From: a virus
Length of the DNA stretch: 64,000 nucleotides
Virus record (IMG/VR): IMGVR_UViG_3300036861_000805
Location: 22,758 to 86,757 of that record
Direction: 5' to 3' (one strand)
Shown: one piece after another, positions 1 to 8,992 of the stretch
How positions within the stretch are numbered: position 1 is the stretch's first letter
How the letters are laid out: every line of letters begins with the position of its first letter
Notes under the pieces: model-generated
What the model saw: only the letters and a program-made list of their open reading frames with translations
Told to the model about the DNA's origin: nothing
The model's database searches: none
Position numbers and translations under genes: made by a program

Positions 1-2
1 AT

Positions 3-704
3 CCTCCTGGCTGGTACTGCTGGAAGAAGCAGGGCGGGTGTGGCATGAACTTCGCTCACGACGACGAGCGCATCATCTCGCAGTCCGAGGAGAAGATCCC
101 GAATCCCGATCTAGCGGACACCTACAACACCGTGCTCAAGATGGCCGACAAGCGCGCACTGATCGCCGCGGATCTGAATGCCACCGCGGCTTCGGACATC
201 TTCACCCAGGACGTCGAGGATGCTCCCGCCAGCGGGAGTGACACCCCCGAAGAAGTCGCCAAGGACGAAGCCGTGACTGAAGAGAGGGCATTCGATCCCG
301 GCAAGGATTTGCTCGAAAACGCGATCCAGGGTTCAGGAGAAGAGCAAGTCGCGGCCGTCCAGGAGGCCCTGCGAAACCTGAATGAGCGGATCGACTGGAG
401 AGCGCTGATCGGGCAGGTGACGAAGCAGCACTTCAACAAGGCATGGTCCAAGCTGACCAAGGCCGAGAAGACCGAGTGGTGGATCCGAGTTCGCAACGCG
501 GCCGCAAAGCTCGAAGAGATCTCGCCTCCAGATCTCGGAGCCTCGCCCGAGTACATCCAGGATGCGTTCGCGTTCGCGTTCAATAGCCTCGCGGTGGAGA
601 TCGTCACTCTGGAACCGCCAGAGCCGGAAGAAGCCATCGAAGGCGTGTTGTCAGAGGAAGACGTAGAGAGACTGGCCGAAGAAGCCAGGGACACGGAATT
701 CTGA
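3..704 (+). CDS. 5'-truncated phage recombination/ssDNA-annealing-like protein
   Basis: Frame is open from the window start (PPGWYCWKKQGGCGMNF...); carries the NTVLKMAxKRA...ATAASDIFTQD motif common in phage recombination modules; acidic tail. Confidence 0.6.
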   Translation, partial: PPGWYCWKKQGGCGMNFAHDDERIISQSEEKIPNPDLADTYNTVLKMADKRALIAADLNATAASDIFTQDVEDAPASGSDTPEEVAKDEAVTEERAFDPGKDLLENAIQGSGEEQVAAVQEALRNLNERIDWRALIGQVTKQHFNKAWSKLTKAEKTEWWIRVRNAAAKLEEISPPDLGASPEYIQDAFAFAFNSLAVEIVTLEPPEPEEAIEGVLSEEDVERLAEEARDTEF

Positions 705-715
705 TGCCAGTAGCC

Positions 716-739
716 GAAGGGCCCCTCCCGGGGCCCTTC
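716..739 (+). terminator. Perfect 10-bp hairpin after stop codon
   Basis: GAAGGGCCCC-TCCC-GGGGCCCTTC followed by a pyrimidine tract. Confidence 0.55.
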
Positions 740-857
740 TCCCTCCAGCACCTTTCGCCGCGCCGGCGAAAGTTGTAGTCTCTCGGACGCCTATGAACGA
801 AAGACTGGAAAGACCGTAGCACGTCCGGCGGTTGTTACGCAGCTTGTAGAAGCTGCA

Positions 858-1715
858 ATGCGTGACCGGATGGTGTATCGGGATCGCATCTGCTTCGCAT
901 CGAAAGCGACACTCGCGCAAGCCGCTGGCTGCTCGACGCGCTCGGTGCAACGGGCTTGGCGCGAACTCGAGCTCTCTGGCCGCTGGGAATGTGTCAAATC
1001 CCTACCTTCTGGAAAAGCCCCCAAGACCAGGGTGTGGAGAGCCGTGTCCGAGGAGACCACCGGAATCGTCGAGCGGGCCGTGGTAACCGAGACTACCGGA
1101 GCTGTCGAGCGAGCCGCGAGATCCGAGAACACCGGAGCGTACGAGCGTTATTTTGTCTCCCGACGTACTTCGTACAGAAAACCTCAAACCCCTCGGCCTT
1201 CTGATCTCAGGATCAGCGCTAGCGAAGGACCACGGCCGAGGCGCGCGAGCGCGCCGACCATCCGCTGCGGTAGGAGGAGAAGACTCGTGGAACGACACCC
1301 AGAAAAACTCTCCGAAGGGGTGGTGCGGCGGAATGGCGAGGTAACTCCCTGGAATGCTGGAGACGCCGTAGCTGCCACGGTGGACTTCTGCCGCACACGC
1401 GGCATACCCCTTGCTCCCTCGATCCGAGCGCGACTGGGGAAGGCAGCGAAGGCGCTGCTCGAATCAGACTTCCCTCCGAACGTCGTCGTCGCTTCCTGTG
1501 TCGTTGCGATCAGGACTGGCTGGTTCGGATCTGTGGAGACGATCGCGCAGGAAATGGCTGTAGCTCAGGCGGGGGAGCGGATGACGCGGCAGGCCTATGT
1601 TCAGGCGATGCACGAGACATCGAGGGAGATGGAACATTCAGAGAGCGAAGTGTGGAAAACGCTACGTGAGGAAACGCAAAGACGAGCAGAGAAATCGAAA
1701 GGAGCCGAAGCATGA
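858..1715 (+). CDS. Replication initiator-like protein with N-terminal HTH
   Basis: CFASKATLAQAAGCSTRSVQRAWRELE HTH; internal repeats; lies upstream of a helicase-loader-like gene. Confidence 0.6.
   Translation: MRDRMVYRDRICFASKATLAQAAGCSTRSVQRAWRELELSGRWECVKSLPSGKAPKTRVWRAVSEETTGIVERAVVTETTGAVERAARSENTGAYERYFVSRRTSYRKPQTPRPSDLRISASEGPRPRRASAPTIRCGRRRRLVERHPEKLSEGVVRRNGEVTPWNAGDAVAATVDFCRTRGIPLAPSIRARLGKAAKALLESDFPPNVVVASCVVAIRTGWFGSVETIAQEMAVAQAGERMTRQAYVQAMHETSREMEHSESEVWKTLREETQRRAEKSKGAEA
1053..1147 (+). repeat. Three imperfect 36-bp tandem repeats (iteron-like)
   Basis: GAGACCACCGGA..., GAGACTACCGGA... and GAGAACACCGGA... start at 1053, 1089 and 1125. Confidence 0.7.
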
Positions 1716-2203
1716 CGCAGATCGTGATCGACCTAGGCGAGGTCTGGGCTGATGAGCAAACCGTGGCTGAGGCGATCCTCGAACGGGCCGTGACGAGTCT
1801 GTTCGGAAGATACGAGTTACAGAAAGCCGTCGAGAAACGCGTGGCCGAGATGGCGGAGGAGCAGATCCGCGAGGCTGTCGCGCCGCTTGTCGCCAAGGCG
1901 CTCGAGAGGCCGTACCAGCCGACGAACGCCTACGGCGACAGGGTCGGCGAACCGACTGAACTCCGCGAAGTCATCGTCACGAGGGTCGAGTCGGAGTTAA
2001 AGCAGTCGCGCGCGGATTCTGGTGGTTTCAGCAGCTCTCGCCGCGAGACGCTGCTCGATGAAATCATCGGGCGCCAACTCGGGAAGGTGGTCGGCGAAGA
2101 CCTGCGTCAGGCGATGGATGCTGCGCGCAAGAAGGTTCGGGAGGCGGTAGAAGCAAAAGGCGCAGAGGTGCTAGCGGAGACGATTGCGAGGATGGCGCGA
2201 TGA
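1712..2203 (+). CDS. Hypothetical helical phage protein
   Basis: ATGA overlap with upstream gene, coding-like composition. Confidence 0.7.
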   Translation: MTQIVIDLGEVWADEQTVAEAILERAVTSLFGRYELQKAVEKRVAEMAEEQIREAVAPLVAKALERPYQPTNAYGDRVGEPTELREVIVTRVESELKQSRADSGGFSSSRRETLLDEIIGRQLGKVVGEDLRQAMDAARKKVREAVEAKGAEVLAETIARMAR

Positions 2204-2403
2204 GCCTTACTGCTGAGCAGATCCAGGACCTGCCCTGGGCCACACTGGACGATCTTCTCGACGCGAAAGAAGATGTAGCTGCCTACGGGCGCTGTTACGC
2301 GGAGATCTTGGACATCGAGGGGGACATGCGGATGCGGCGCATCTTGCCGGGGAGTCGCGCGACACCCATTCACCCTCCGCCTCAAGTGGGGGAGACTGGA
2401 TGA
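2200..2403 (+). CDS. Hypothetical protein
   Basis: ATGA-coupled on both sides. Confidence 0.6.
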   Translation: MSLTAEQIQDLPWATLDDLLDAKEDVAAYGRCYAEILDIEGDMRMRRILPGSRATPIHPPPQVGETG

Positions 2404-2927
2404 AGATCGGAGAGGCAGCAGAGCTTGTGGGCGTGATGGCCGCAATGACGAGCACCCGCTTGCTCGAGCAGGAACGGGAAGTCTGGATCGAGCAGGTATC
2501 GCCACTCGATGCGGATCTGGCGACGAAAGCCGTGCTCGAAGGTCGCCGGGAGTGGAAGCGCTTTCCCTCCTGGGCCCAATTCCATGAGGCATATGCGCTA
2601 CAGAAGAAGCTCTCCGAGCCCGTCGGCGAGCAGCGGGACATGATCGAGGTCCAAGGTAAGCGAGGCATAGCGACGCCGGAATGGGTCTACGTGTGGTGGT
2701 GGGCGCGCCGTTCGCGTACGCCCCGTTCTCTCATCCCCTTCCCGCAGGAGAAGGGTTTCGCGGACGACGCTGACATCATGTCCCAGGAACGCTACGACAA
2801 GCTGCTCGCAGAATGGGTAGCCGCCGGCTCTCCGAAGAAGGATGTCGCTGAGGCGATGATCGGAAAGACCTCGAAGGGATCCACAGTCGACGACACGATC
2901 GCCGTGCTGAAGGAGACTGCGGAATGA
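2400..2927 (+). CDS. Helicase loader/inhibitor (G39P-like) protein
   Basis: N-terminal pattern EAAELV...W...L..LD...A..AV....RFPS.A typical of G39P-like domains; replication context. Confidence 0.5.
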   Translation: MKIGEAAELVGVMAAMTSTRLLEQEREVWIEQVSPLDADLATKAVLEGRREWKRFPSWAQFHEAYALQKKLSEPVGEQRDMIEVQGKRGIATPEWVYVWWWARRSRTPRSLIPFPQEKGFADDADIMSQERYDKLLAEWVAAGSPKKDVAEAMIGKTSKGSTVDDTIAVLKETAE

Positions 2928-2943
2928 TCCCGCTGGCGGGACA

Positions 2944-3669
2944 ATGAGTGCGCCGGCGGGACCCATGACAGCACAGGAGGTGAAGGATCGCCTGCGTGTC
3001 CACTATCCAGGGGGTGTCTTCGCAGGGATGCCCGGGCCGTGGACGGTGATCGAGGAGTGGCGCAACATCGATTTTCTTGCCTGGAGCGCATGGGGGTCAA
3101 AAGGAAAGTTCATGCGTATCGGCCACGAGATCAAGGTGAGCCGCGCGGATCTGCGATCTGAACTTTTAGATCCAGGCAAGCGTGTGCTGAACGTGAACTG
3201 GTGCCACGAGTTCTACTTCGTCGTTCCCAGCGGACTTCTCACAGAGGAAGAGTTGGACTATCAGGAGCCTGAGTGGGAGGGCACGGACTTCCTAGGTGAG
3301 CGCTGCCCGGGGTTGTGGGGGAAGCAATGCCAGACATGGGGGCGACGAAGGACGCACTACGTCTACGTGCCGCTCCCGTACGTCGGCTCATGGACTCACG
3401 CCTGGGACTACATCGTCTGCCCCACCTGCAAGGGCAGGGGCGTCGTCCAGATTTCCCGTGTCGAGCGCGAGGCTCCAACATGTTGGGTTCCTCGAGACGT
3501 GGGGCTCCTGCAAGTCAGCAGGCGCGGGGTGTCGATCTTCAAGCGGAGCCCAAGACGTACCGAGGTTCCGCATCTGAGTGATCGCGAGTTCGGACAACTC
3601 GTTCGCTGGATCAGCATGCGTCCGGATTTGCGGCACCATCAGCAAACCGCCCTTTCACTGGCCGTGTGA
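2944..3669 (+). CDS. PD-(D/E)xK nuclease, MmcB-like, with Zn-finger insert
   Basis: ID...GHEIKVSRADLRSEL..P.K...EFYFVVP..L; Cys pairs including CPTC. Confidence 0.65.
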   Translation: MSAPAGPMTAQEVKDRLRVHYPGGVFAGMPGPWTVIEEWRNIDFLAWSAWGSKGKFMRIGHEIKVSRADLRSELLDPGKRVLNVNWCHEFYFVVPSGLLTEEELDYQEPEWEGTDFLGERCPGLWGKQCQTWGRRRTHYVYVPLPYVGSWTHAWDYIVCPTCKGRGVVQISRVEREAPTCWVPRDVGLLQVSRRGVSIFKRSPRRTEVPHLSDREFGQLVRWISMRPDLRHHQQTALSLAV

Positions 3670-3720
3670 TGAATCTCTCCGTTTGGCAGCGCATCGCGAT
3701 CGAGAACTAGGGATGCTGCC

Positions 3721-4044
3721 GTGAGCAAACTCACCTGTGGAGGTGGCATCTTCGGCGAGGACCGCAGCGCGCTGTGTCTGGAGGAGCCGTTCCTGCACGC
3801 GCTTTTCTTGGACGAGACCGACACTTTGTGCTGTACGAAGCATGTGCGGGTACTGAAGTACATGCGGATCATGGAGTTCAACGGGACGCCTCAGGTGCAC
3901 GAGGTGACGTCAGAATGCCTTGATCCCGAGTCCGTCTGGGACGTTGAGGAGAACTGCTGCGTGCTCGAGGAGGACGAGCCGCTGGAGATCTCCGAGCGAG
4001 AGCAGATGCTCGCCCAAGCGCGACGTCGATACCTACACAGATGA
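3721..4044 (+). CDS. Cys-rich hypothetical protein
   Basis: ORF overlapping the start of the next gene. Confidence 0.55.
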   Translation: MSKLTCGGGIFGEDRSALCLEEPFLHALFLDETDTLCCTKHVRVLKYMRIMEFNGTPQVHEVTSECLDPESVWDVEENCCVLEEDEPLEISEREQMLAQARRRYLHR

Positions 4045-4556
4045 CGCGGAACAGAAAGATTCCGACCGAAGTGTGGGTGCTTCCGCGCCCTCGTCGCGAC
4101 GCCTATGTCGGCTCCTTCCCGCTCCATTTCGAGCAGCGCTGGTGGCGTGTCGTCGGCAAGCCCGAGAGAGTGCTACAGCCGTTCGGCGGGCTGTGCGAGA
4201 TCGGGGACTCTGTGGATCTGAATGAGAGCACCGCGCCTACCTGGGTCGGTGACGCACACGATCTGCACTGGATCGCCGACGATACATACGACGCCGTGCT
4301 CCTCGATCCGCCGTACTCGGACGAGGAGTCGGAGGAGCTCTACGGCACGCCGCCGCTTCGCTACGGGAAGTTCGTTCAGGAGGCGGTGCGGGTGTGCAAG
4401 CCAGCGGGGCATGTGGCGATCTACCATAAAATCATGGCGCCGCGGCCGAAGGGCACGATCCTCGTCCATCGCATCGTTGTCCTCACCCGGGTCTGGCACT
4501 CCGCCCGCATTTGCATGATCTTCCGGAAGGACGACCGACTCACCCTTGACCTATGA
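4041..4556 (+). CDS. Minimal amino (N6A/N4C) DNA methyltransferase-like protein
   Basis: VLQPFGG motif I and LLDPPY motif IV; no large target-recognition domain. Confidence 0.75.
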   Translation: MTRNRKIPTEVWVLPRPRRDAYVGSFPLHFEQRWWRVVGKPERVLQPFGGLCEIGDSVDLNESTAPTWVGDAHDLHWIADDTYDAVLLDPPYSDEESEELYGTPPLRYGKFVQEAVRVCKPAGHVAIYHKIMAPRPKGTILVHRIVVLTRVWHSARICMIFRKDDRLTLDL

Positions 4557-4711
4557 CACTCTGCTCCGTCTGCCGTACTCCAAGACAATGCCTGCAAGAG
4601 GGCTGCTTCGTCGGGCGCGGGAAGAAGCGGCCCCCGAAAGAGGACTTGAAACGCGAGCCAGATCGCGCGAGGATGCGCTGGCACAACCGCCACAAACGAT
4701 TCATTCACTGA
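4553..4711 (+). CDS. Small Cys-rich protein (52 aa; not in the ORF track)
   Basis: MTLCSVCRTPRQCLQEGCF...; ATGA overlap. Confidence 0.45.
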   Translation: MTLCSVCRTPRQCLQEGCFVGRGKKRPPKEDLKREPDRARMRWHNRHKRFIH

Positions 4712-4729
4712 CGACCCTTGGGAGGGGGA

Positions 4730-5074
4730 ATGTCGCTGTCAGATCTCCGCCCGGACCCACCCGCCTGGGCGCTCGAAGCAGGACTGCCAGAGCCAGAAGA
4801 GAACGAGAGCTTCGTCGCCTACACTAGGCGTCTCGGGCTCGACGTCGAGAAGCTGCTCGCCGATCTCACCGATCAGACGGCACCACTCGCCAACGTGCGC
4901 CTCGGCTCACGCCTCATGCGCCTGATACCGGACGCGTACGAGAGACACTTGGCGCAGCTCGTCGCGAAACATGGTGTCTCCTCGCCAGAGCGCAAGAGGC
5001 GGACGGAGAACCTCGCTCGCTCTCTCTTCGGCAAAGACTACCGTGCGAGGAAGTCCATCCGAGACAGCGCGTAA
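4730..5074 (+). CDS. Hypothetical protein
   Basis: GGAGG SD before MSLSDLRP. Confidence 0.6.
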   Translation: MSLSDLRPDPPAWALEAGLPEPEENESFVAYTRRLGLDVEKLLADLTDQTAPLANVRLGSRLMRLIPDAYERHLAQLVAKHGVSSPERKRRTENLARSLFGKDYRARKSIRDSA

Positions 5075-5103
5075 AGTTACCGTCATCCACGAAAGGAGAA
5101 ACG

Positions 5104-5370
5104 ATGTACGACGAGGGATATGCCGACAAGTCGACGCCCGAACGCGAGAGTTCCGGGCTCCAGCTCCAGTACGTCTGTGCGGAGCTCTCGAAGGAAGTCG
5201 AAATGCTTGAGCAACGACTGGTACCGGTACTGCGGCGAGTCCCGGAGGACCAGGTAATGCCCTCAACAATGCTGCGGGATTCCTCCGATTCGCCGCTCGC
5301 AGATCGAGTGGCCGAGCTACGTGAGGTCCGCGCGAAAATCACCAATCTGATCCAGCGTCTCGACGTCTAG
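5104..5370 (+). CDS. Coiled-coil hypothetical protein
   Basis: GAAAGGAG SD; heptad pattern. Confidence 0.65.
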   Translation: MYDEGYADKSTPERESSGLQLQYVCAELSKEVEMLEQRLVPVLRRVPEDQVMPSTMLRDSSDSPLADRVAELREVRAKITNLIQRLDV

Positions 5371-5373
5371 GGA

Positions 5374-5703
5374 ATGAAGCTCGTCGTCAACGAATCGCTC
5401 CCGCGCGCGCTCCGCCGGGCTCTCGAGCGGGATGCGCGCGGAAAGAACACTACGCTGAACGACGTCGCCGGCGAGATTCTCGCGGAGCACTATGGCATCG
5501 AGTGGGTGCATTCCGGGAGGAGCTACGAGCGCACCTCGGATCGCTTTCGGCTCAAAGTCCCCGACGCGATGCACCGCTTGCTCCTGATGGAGGCGGCGGA
5601 TAGGCTCGGCACCCTCCGAGGCGTCGCGATCGGGACGCTTGAGGCTCACTACGGAACAAGGAAGAACATCAACGTTGGGCGGAGACCCAGAGGAGGCAAG
5701 TAG
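5374..5703 (+). CDS. Tandem ribbon-helix-helix-like DNA-binding protein
   Basis: Two strand-helix-helix units (LPRALRRALERDA...TLNDV and FRLKVPDAMHRLLLMEAA...TLRGV). Confidence 0.5.
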   Translation: MKLVVNESLPRALRRALERDARGKNTTLNDVAGEILAEHYGIEWVHSGRSYERTSDRFRLKVPDAMHRLLLMEAADRLGTLRGVAIGTLEAHYGTRKNINVGRRPRGGK

Positions 5704-5705
5704 AC

Positions 5706-5954
5706 GTGGCCGAAACGATGTACGTGATCTTGAAGCAAAACGAGCTCGCCTCGGTACCGACAGAAGCGACATTCGGCGATACTGGTTGGGTCGAGATCGG
5801 CAAGCAGGCTGCGAGCAACCGCGAGGGTGCCATCCGAGCATTCATGAACGAAGGCGAGAACGGCGACATGTTCGGCGAGGGCTCTTACCGTGCCGTCTCC
5901 GAGACTTCCTGGGGCGAGCCTGTTCCGATCGCGAAGAAGATCTCGTTCGGCTAA
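5706..5954 (+). CDS. Hypothetical protein
   Basis: AGGAGG SD, GTG start. Confidence 0.6.
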   Translation: MAETMYVILKQNELASVPTEATFGDTGWVEIGKQAASNREGAIRAFMNEGENGDMFGEGSYRAVSETSWGEPVPIAKKISFG

Positions 5955-5957
5955 CCG

Positions 5958-6581
5958 GTGGCGGGCGTTCCTGCCATTCTCCAAGCTGAGGCTTTTGAGG
6001 CCGCAGGGATCACGTTTACCGAAACCTCCCTGCAGATCGCGAACCCAGAAGGGCTAAGCCGCGACGCCTACCTCCGCCTCGGAGCGTTCCTTGCGACGAT
6101 CGGACGCGGTTACTGCTTCTGGGTTGGCGATCTTCTCAACAGTGCCGAAGACAATATCGAGGAGTGGGCACAACTCGAGGCGATCCTGCCTCATTCTCCG
6201 CATACCCTCGTCAACTACAAGTCGGTCGCATCCCGCATCCCGCGCACGCGGCGCCGCAAGATGCTCTCCTTTTCGACCCACGCGGAGGTCGCCTATCTCG
6301 ACCCTCGAGTGCGAGACCAGTGGCTCGACAAGGCTGAGCGCTATGACTGGAAACGAGAGGACATGCGCGCAGCGCTGAACGATGCGGGGCTGAAACCGAA
6401 AAGCTCGGGCTCGGTGGGCAATGAGGCCTTAACGAGCAAGAGCGATCCCTTAGGACGAGCAGGACTGGATCGCGAGGAACGCCTCGGTGCGAATGAGGCG
6501 CCTGCCCTTGGTCGCAGGGGTGAACTCGTGCCGAGCCCGAAGATCTGCCCGCACTGCGGCCACGTGCTGGAGGAAGAGTGA
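5958..6581 (+). CDS. LmbU-like transcriptional regulator
   Basis: FWVGDLL...VASRIP..RRR..LSFSTHAEVA.L....D.WL..A....W....R signature; C-terminal CPHCG. Confidence 0.7.
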   Translation: MAGVPAILQAEAFEAAGITFTETSLQIANPEGLSRDAYLRLGAFLATIGRGYCFWVGDLLNSAEDNIEEWAQLEAILPHSPHTLVNYKSVASRIPRTRRRKMLSFSTHAEVAYLDPRVRDQWLDKAERYDWKREDMRAALNDAGLKPKSSGSVGNEALTSKSDPLGRAGLDREERLGANEAPALGRRGELVPSPKICPHCGHVLEEE

Positions 6582-6779
6582 ATGCCTAGCCATTGGGAAC
6601 GACTGCTCGCTCAGATCGGACTGTCTGGCCGCACGCGGATGACGCCAGCCGGGCCGCGACACGCCTCGCGTGACATCGTGGAGAGCACGAAACCCAATTG
6701 CTCCTCAAAGCAGCGAACACGGGATCGTGCTCGCGCCAAGTGCGCGAAGCAGGCACGCAAGAGGAATCGGAGGCGATAG
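6582..6779 (+). CDS. Small basic hypothetical protein
   Basis: Fills the gap between genes; ends KQARKRNRRR. Confidence 0.45.
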   Translation: MPSHWERLLAQIGLSGRTRMTPAGPRHASRDIVESTKPNCSSKQRTRDRARAKCAKQARKRNRRR

Positions 6780-6781
6780 CA

Positions 6782-8539
6782 GTGCTGAAGGTCAGCAAGG
6801 ATCTCTCGCTGCCGCTTGATCTCGCTGGAGAGGCCACAGCGATCCTCGCAAAACGAGGTGCTGGTAAGACGAATACAGCCACCGTCTTCGCAGAGGAACT
6901 CATCCGTGAGGGCGTGCAGACGGTGATCCTCGATCCGGTGGGCGCATGGTGGGGCATTCGCTATGGATCAGATGGCGAATCTCCGGGCCTGCAGGTGCCA
7001 GTGCTCGGGGGCGCACACGGTGACGTGCCGCTCGAGCAGACTGCCGGCGCGCTCATCGCCGACGTCGCAGTCGATTCCGGCCAGTCGCTCCTCCTCGATC
7101 TCTCGGATCTGCCCTCCAAGGCAGCAGTCGGCCGCTTCGTCACCGACTTCGCGGAGCGCCTCTTCCGACGCAAGGCTCGGGACCACTCGCTCCTGCATCT
7201 GATCCTCGAAGAGGCTGACAGCTTCGCTCCGCAGAAGGTGAAGGGCTCCGAGCGCATGCAGGGCGCGATCGAGCAGATCGTGCGCCGCGGCCGAGCTCGC
7301 GGACTCGGTGCCACACTCATCACCCAGCGCTCCGCTGTTCTCTCGAAGGACGTGCTGACGCAGGCTGACACGCTCGTCGTCATGCGCACGACGGGCCCGC
7401 ATGATCTGCGCGCAGTGAAGGAGTGGATCGACTCGCGCGGAGACGAGCGCGGCGCCGGCGTCATGGATTCACTGCCTTCACTCGCCACAGGAGAAGGATG
7501 GATCTGGAATCCCGAGAACGACGTGCTCTCGCGCGTGCAGTTCCGGGCGCGCAAGACGTTCGACTCCTCACGCACGCCGAAGGCAGGCGAGCACCGGGCG
7601 GAACCCGAGAACGCGGCCTCGATCGACATCGCTGCTCTGGGTGAGAAGATCAAGGCGACGGCCGAGCGCGTGAAGGCTGAGGATCCGCGAGAGCTGAAGA
7701 CACGCATCCGAGAACTTGAGTCCGAGCTCGCACACAAGAATGACGTCACAGTCGTGACGGAAACCGTCGAGGTGCCTGTCTTCAACGGAGAGATCGAGAA
7801 TCTCGAGACCCTGATGAGACAGCTCAAGCTGCGAGTCGACGACGTCGCTGAATTTCAGCATACGATCCACGATTCGTACGAGAGCCTTGTCGCACGCATT
7901 GCCGAACTGAAGGGAGTATCGAATGTCCGATCTGACACCCGAGCAGGAAGAACTGCTGCGCGAGATCGAAGCGCGGCTCGGCCGGATCGAGGGCGTGCTG
8001 AACGTCATGCTCATCGCCCGCGGCATCGATCCGAAGACGCTCAAGCCGCTGAAGGCTTCGAGCCGACCGTCCCGCAGCAGAAGGTCCTCGACGCCCTCGC
8101 TTGGCTCGAGTCGATAGAACTCGAAGGAGAGCGTCGCCGCGTCGGCTTCATCGCGGGCTACTCTCCGAACTCGGGCAACTTCAACAACCTACTTGGGCAG
8201 CTCCGTACAGCGAGCATCGTCGACTATCCGAAGGTGGGCACAGTCGAGCTCACGGATGCAGGACGTGCTCTCGCGCAGGCTCCTGAGGAAACGCCCACAA
8301 CGTCGGCCCTGCACGCAAAGGTGCTGGAGAAGCTCCCTGGTCCGCAGCGACGTGTTCTGGAGGCACTGCTTGCTCGCTACCCACATGACGCATCGAAGCA
8401 GGAGATCGCCGACGAGGTCGGCTATTCCGCAAACAGCGGCAACTTCAACAACATCCTCGGCAAGATGCGCACGCTCGGCATCATCGAGTACCCCGCTCCT
8501 GGCTACGTGCGCGCCGAAGACGTGCTCTTCCTCGAATGA
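6782..8539 (+). CDS. HerA/FtsK-like (DUF87/DUF853-type) ATPase with coiled coil and tandem C-terminal winged helices
   Basis: Walker A AKRGAGKT, ILDPVG, Walker B LILEEA, RRGRARG, TQR; GYSxNSGNFNNxLG repeated twice; GGAGG SD before GTG 6782. Confidence 0.85.
   Translation: MLKVSKDLSLPLDLAGEATAILAKRGAGKTNTATVFAEELIREGVQTVILDPVGAWWGIRYGSDGESPGLQVPVLGGAHGDVPLEQTAGALIADVAVDSGQSLLLDLSDLPSKAAVGRFVTDFAERLFRRKARDHSLLHLILEEADSFAPQKVKGSERMQGAIEQIVRRGRARGLGATLITQRSAVLSKDVLTQADTLVVMRTTGPHDLRAVKEWIDSRGDERGAGVMDSLPSLATGEGWIWNPENDVLSRVQFRARKTFDSSRTPKAGEHRAEPENAASIDIAALGEKIKATAERVKAEDPRELKTRIRELESELAHKNDVTVVTETVEVPVFNGEIENLETLMRQLKLRVDDVAEFQHTIHDSYESLVARIAELKGVSNVRSDTRAGRTAARDRSAARPDRGRAERHAHRPRHRSEDAQAAEGFEPTVPQQKVLDALAWLESIELEGERRRVGFIAGYSPNSGNFNNLLGQLRTASIVDYPKVGTVELTDAGRALAQAPEETPTTSALHAKVLEKLPGPQRRVLEALLARYPHDASKQEIADEVGYSANSGNFNNILGKMRTLGIIEYPAPGYVRAEDVLFLE
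7923..8117 (+). CDS. Putative overprinted small helical protein inside the ATPase linker
   Basis: AAGGGAG SD 6 nt before ATG; MSDLTPEQEELLREIEARLGRIEGVLNVMLIARGIDP with GC-rich third codon positions. Confidence 0.5.
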   Translation: MSDLTPEQEELLREIEARLGRIEGVLNVMLIARGIDPKTLKPLKASSRPSRSRRSSTPSLGSSR

Positions 8540-8760
8540 TGTACTCAGTCGGATATGCAATCCGCGATGCTCGCCAGACGCGGGGCATGTCGCAAGTCGC
8601 TCTCGCCAGGACAGCAGGTGTCACTGATCGTGCGATCAGCTACTGGGAGGCAGGTGTAAAGATCCCCAATCTCATGCTGCTCGTGAAGCTCGCTGGCGCT
8701 CTCCACGTGGAGTTCGTATGCATCGGCGACGGAGTCCTCTGGCGAGAAGATCCACGATGA
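8536..8760 (+). CDS. XRE-family HTH regulator
   Basis: IRDARQTRGMSQVALARTAGVTDRAISYWEAG..P. Confidence 0.9.
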   Translation: MMYSVGYAIRDARQTRGMSQVALARTAGVTDRAISYWEAGVKIPNLMLLVKLAGALHVEFVCIGDGVLWREDPR

Positions 8761-8981
8761 GTGTGTTCCCGCTCGAGTGGCGCTGTGCTTGCGGCGCGAG
8801 GGGACGATCGGTCAGCTCCGGCTTCGTGGGAGGAAGCATGGCCGCTCACCTACGGCGCTGCAAGCAGCGTCGGCGGAGCAAGCGCCCGTACTTCCGGCTC
8901 GCTCTAGACGATGTCTGGGAGTGCGCGTGGCTTGAGCGCAAGGATGATTGGTTCTCGTTCTCGAAACATGCATTCGCCTGA
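8757..8981 (+). CDS. Small Zn-binding hypothetical protein
   Basis: ATGA overlap; WRCACG...H...C. Confidence 0.5.
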   Translation: MSVFPLEWRCACGARGRSVSSGFVGGSMAAHLRRCKQRRRSKRPYFRLALDDVWECAWLERKDDWFSFSKHAFA

Positions 8982-8992
8982 CAGACGGTTTG

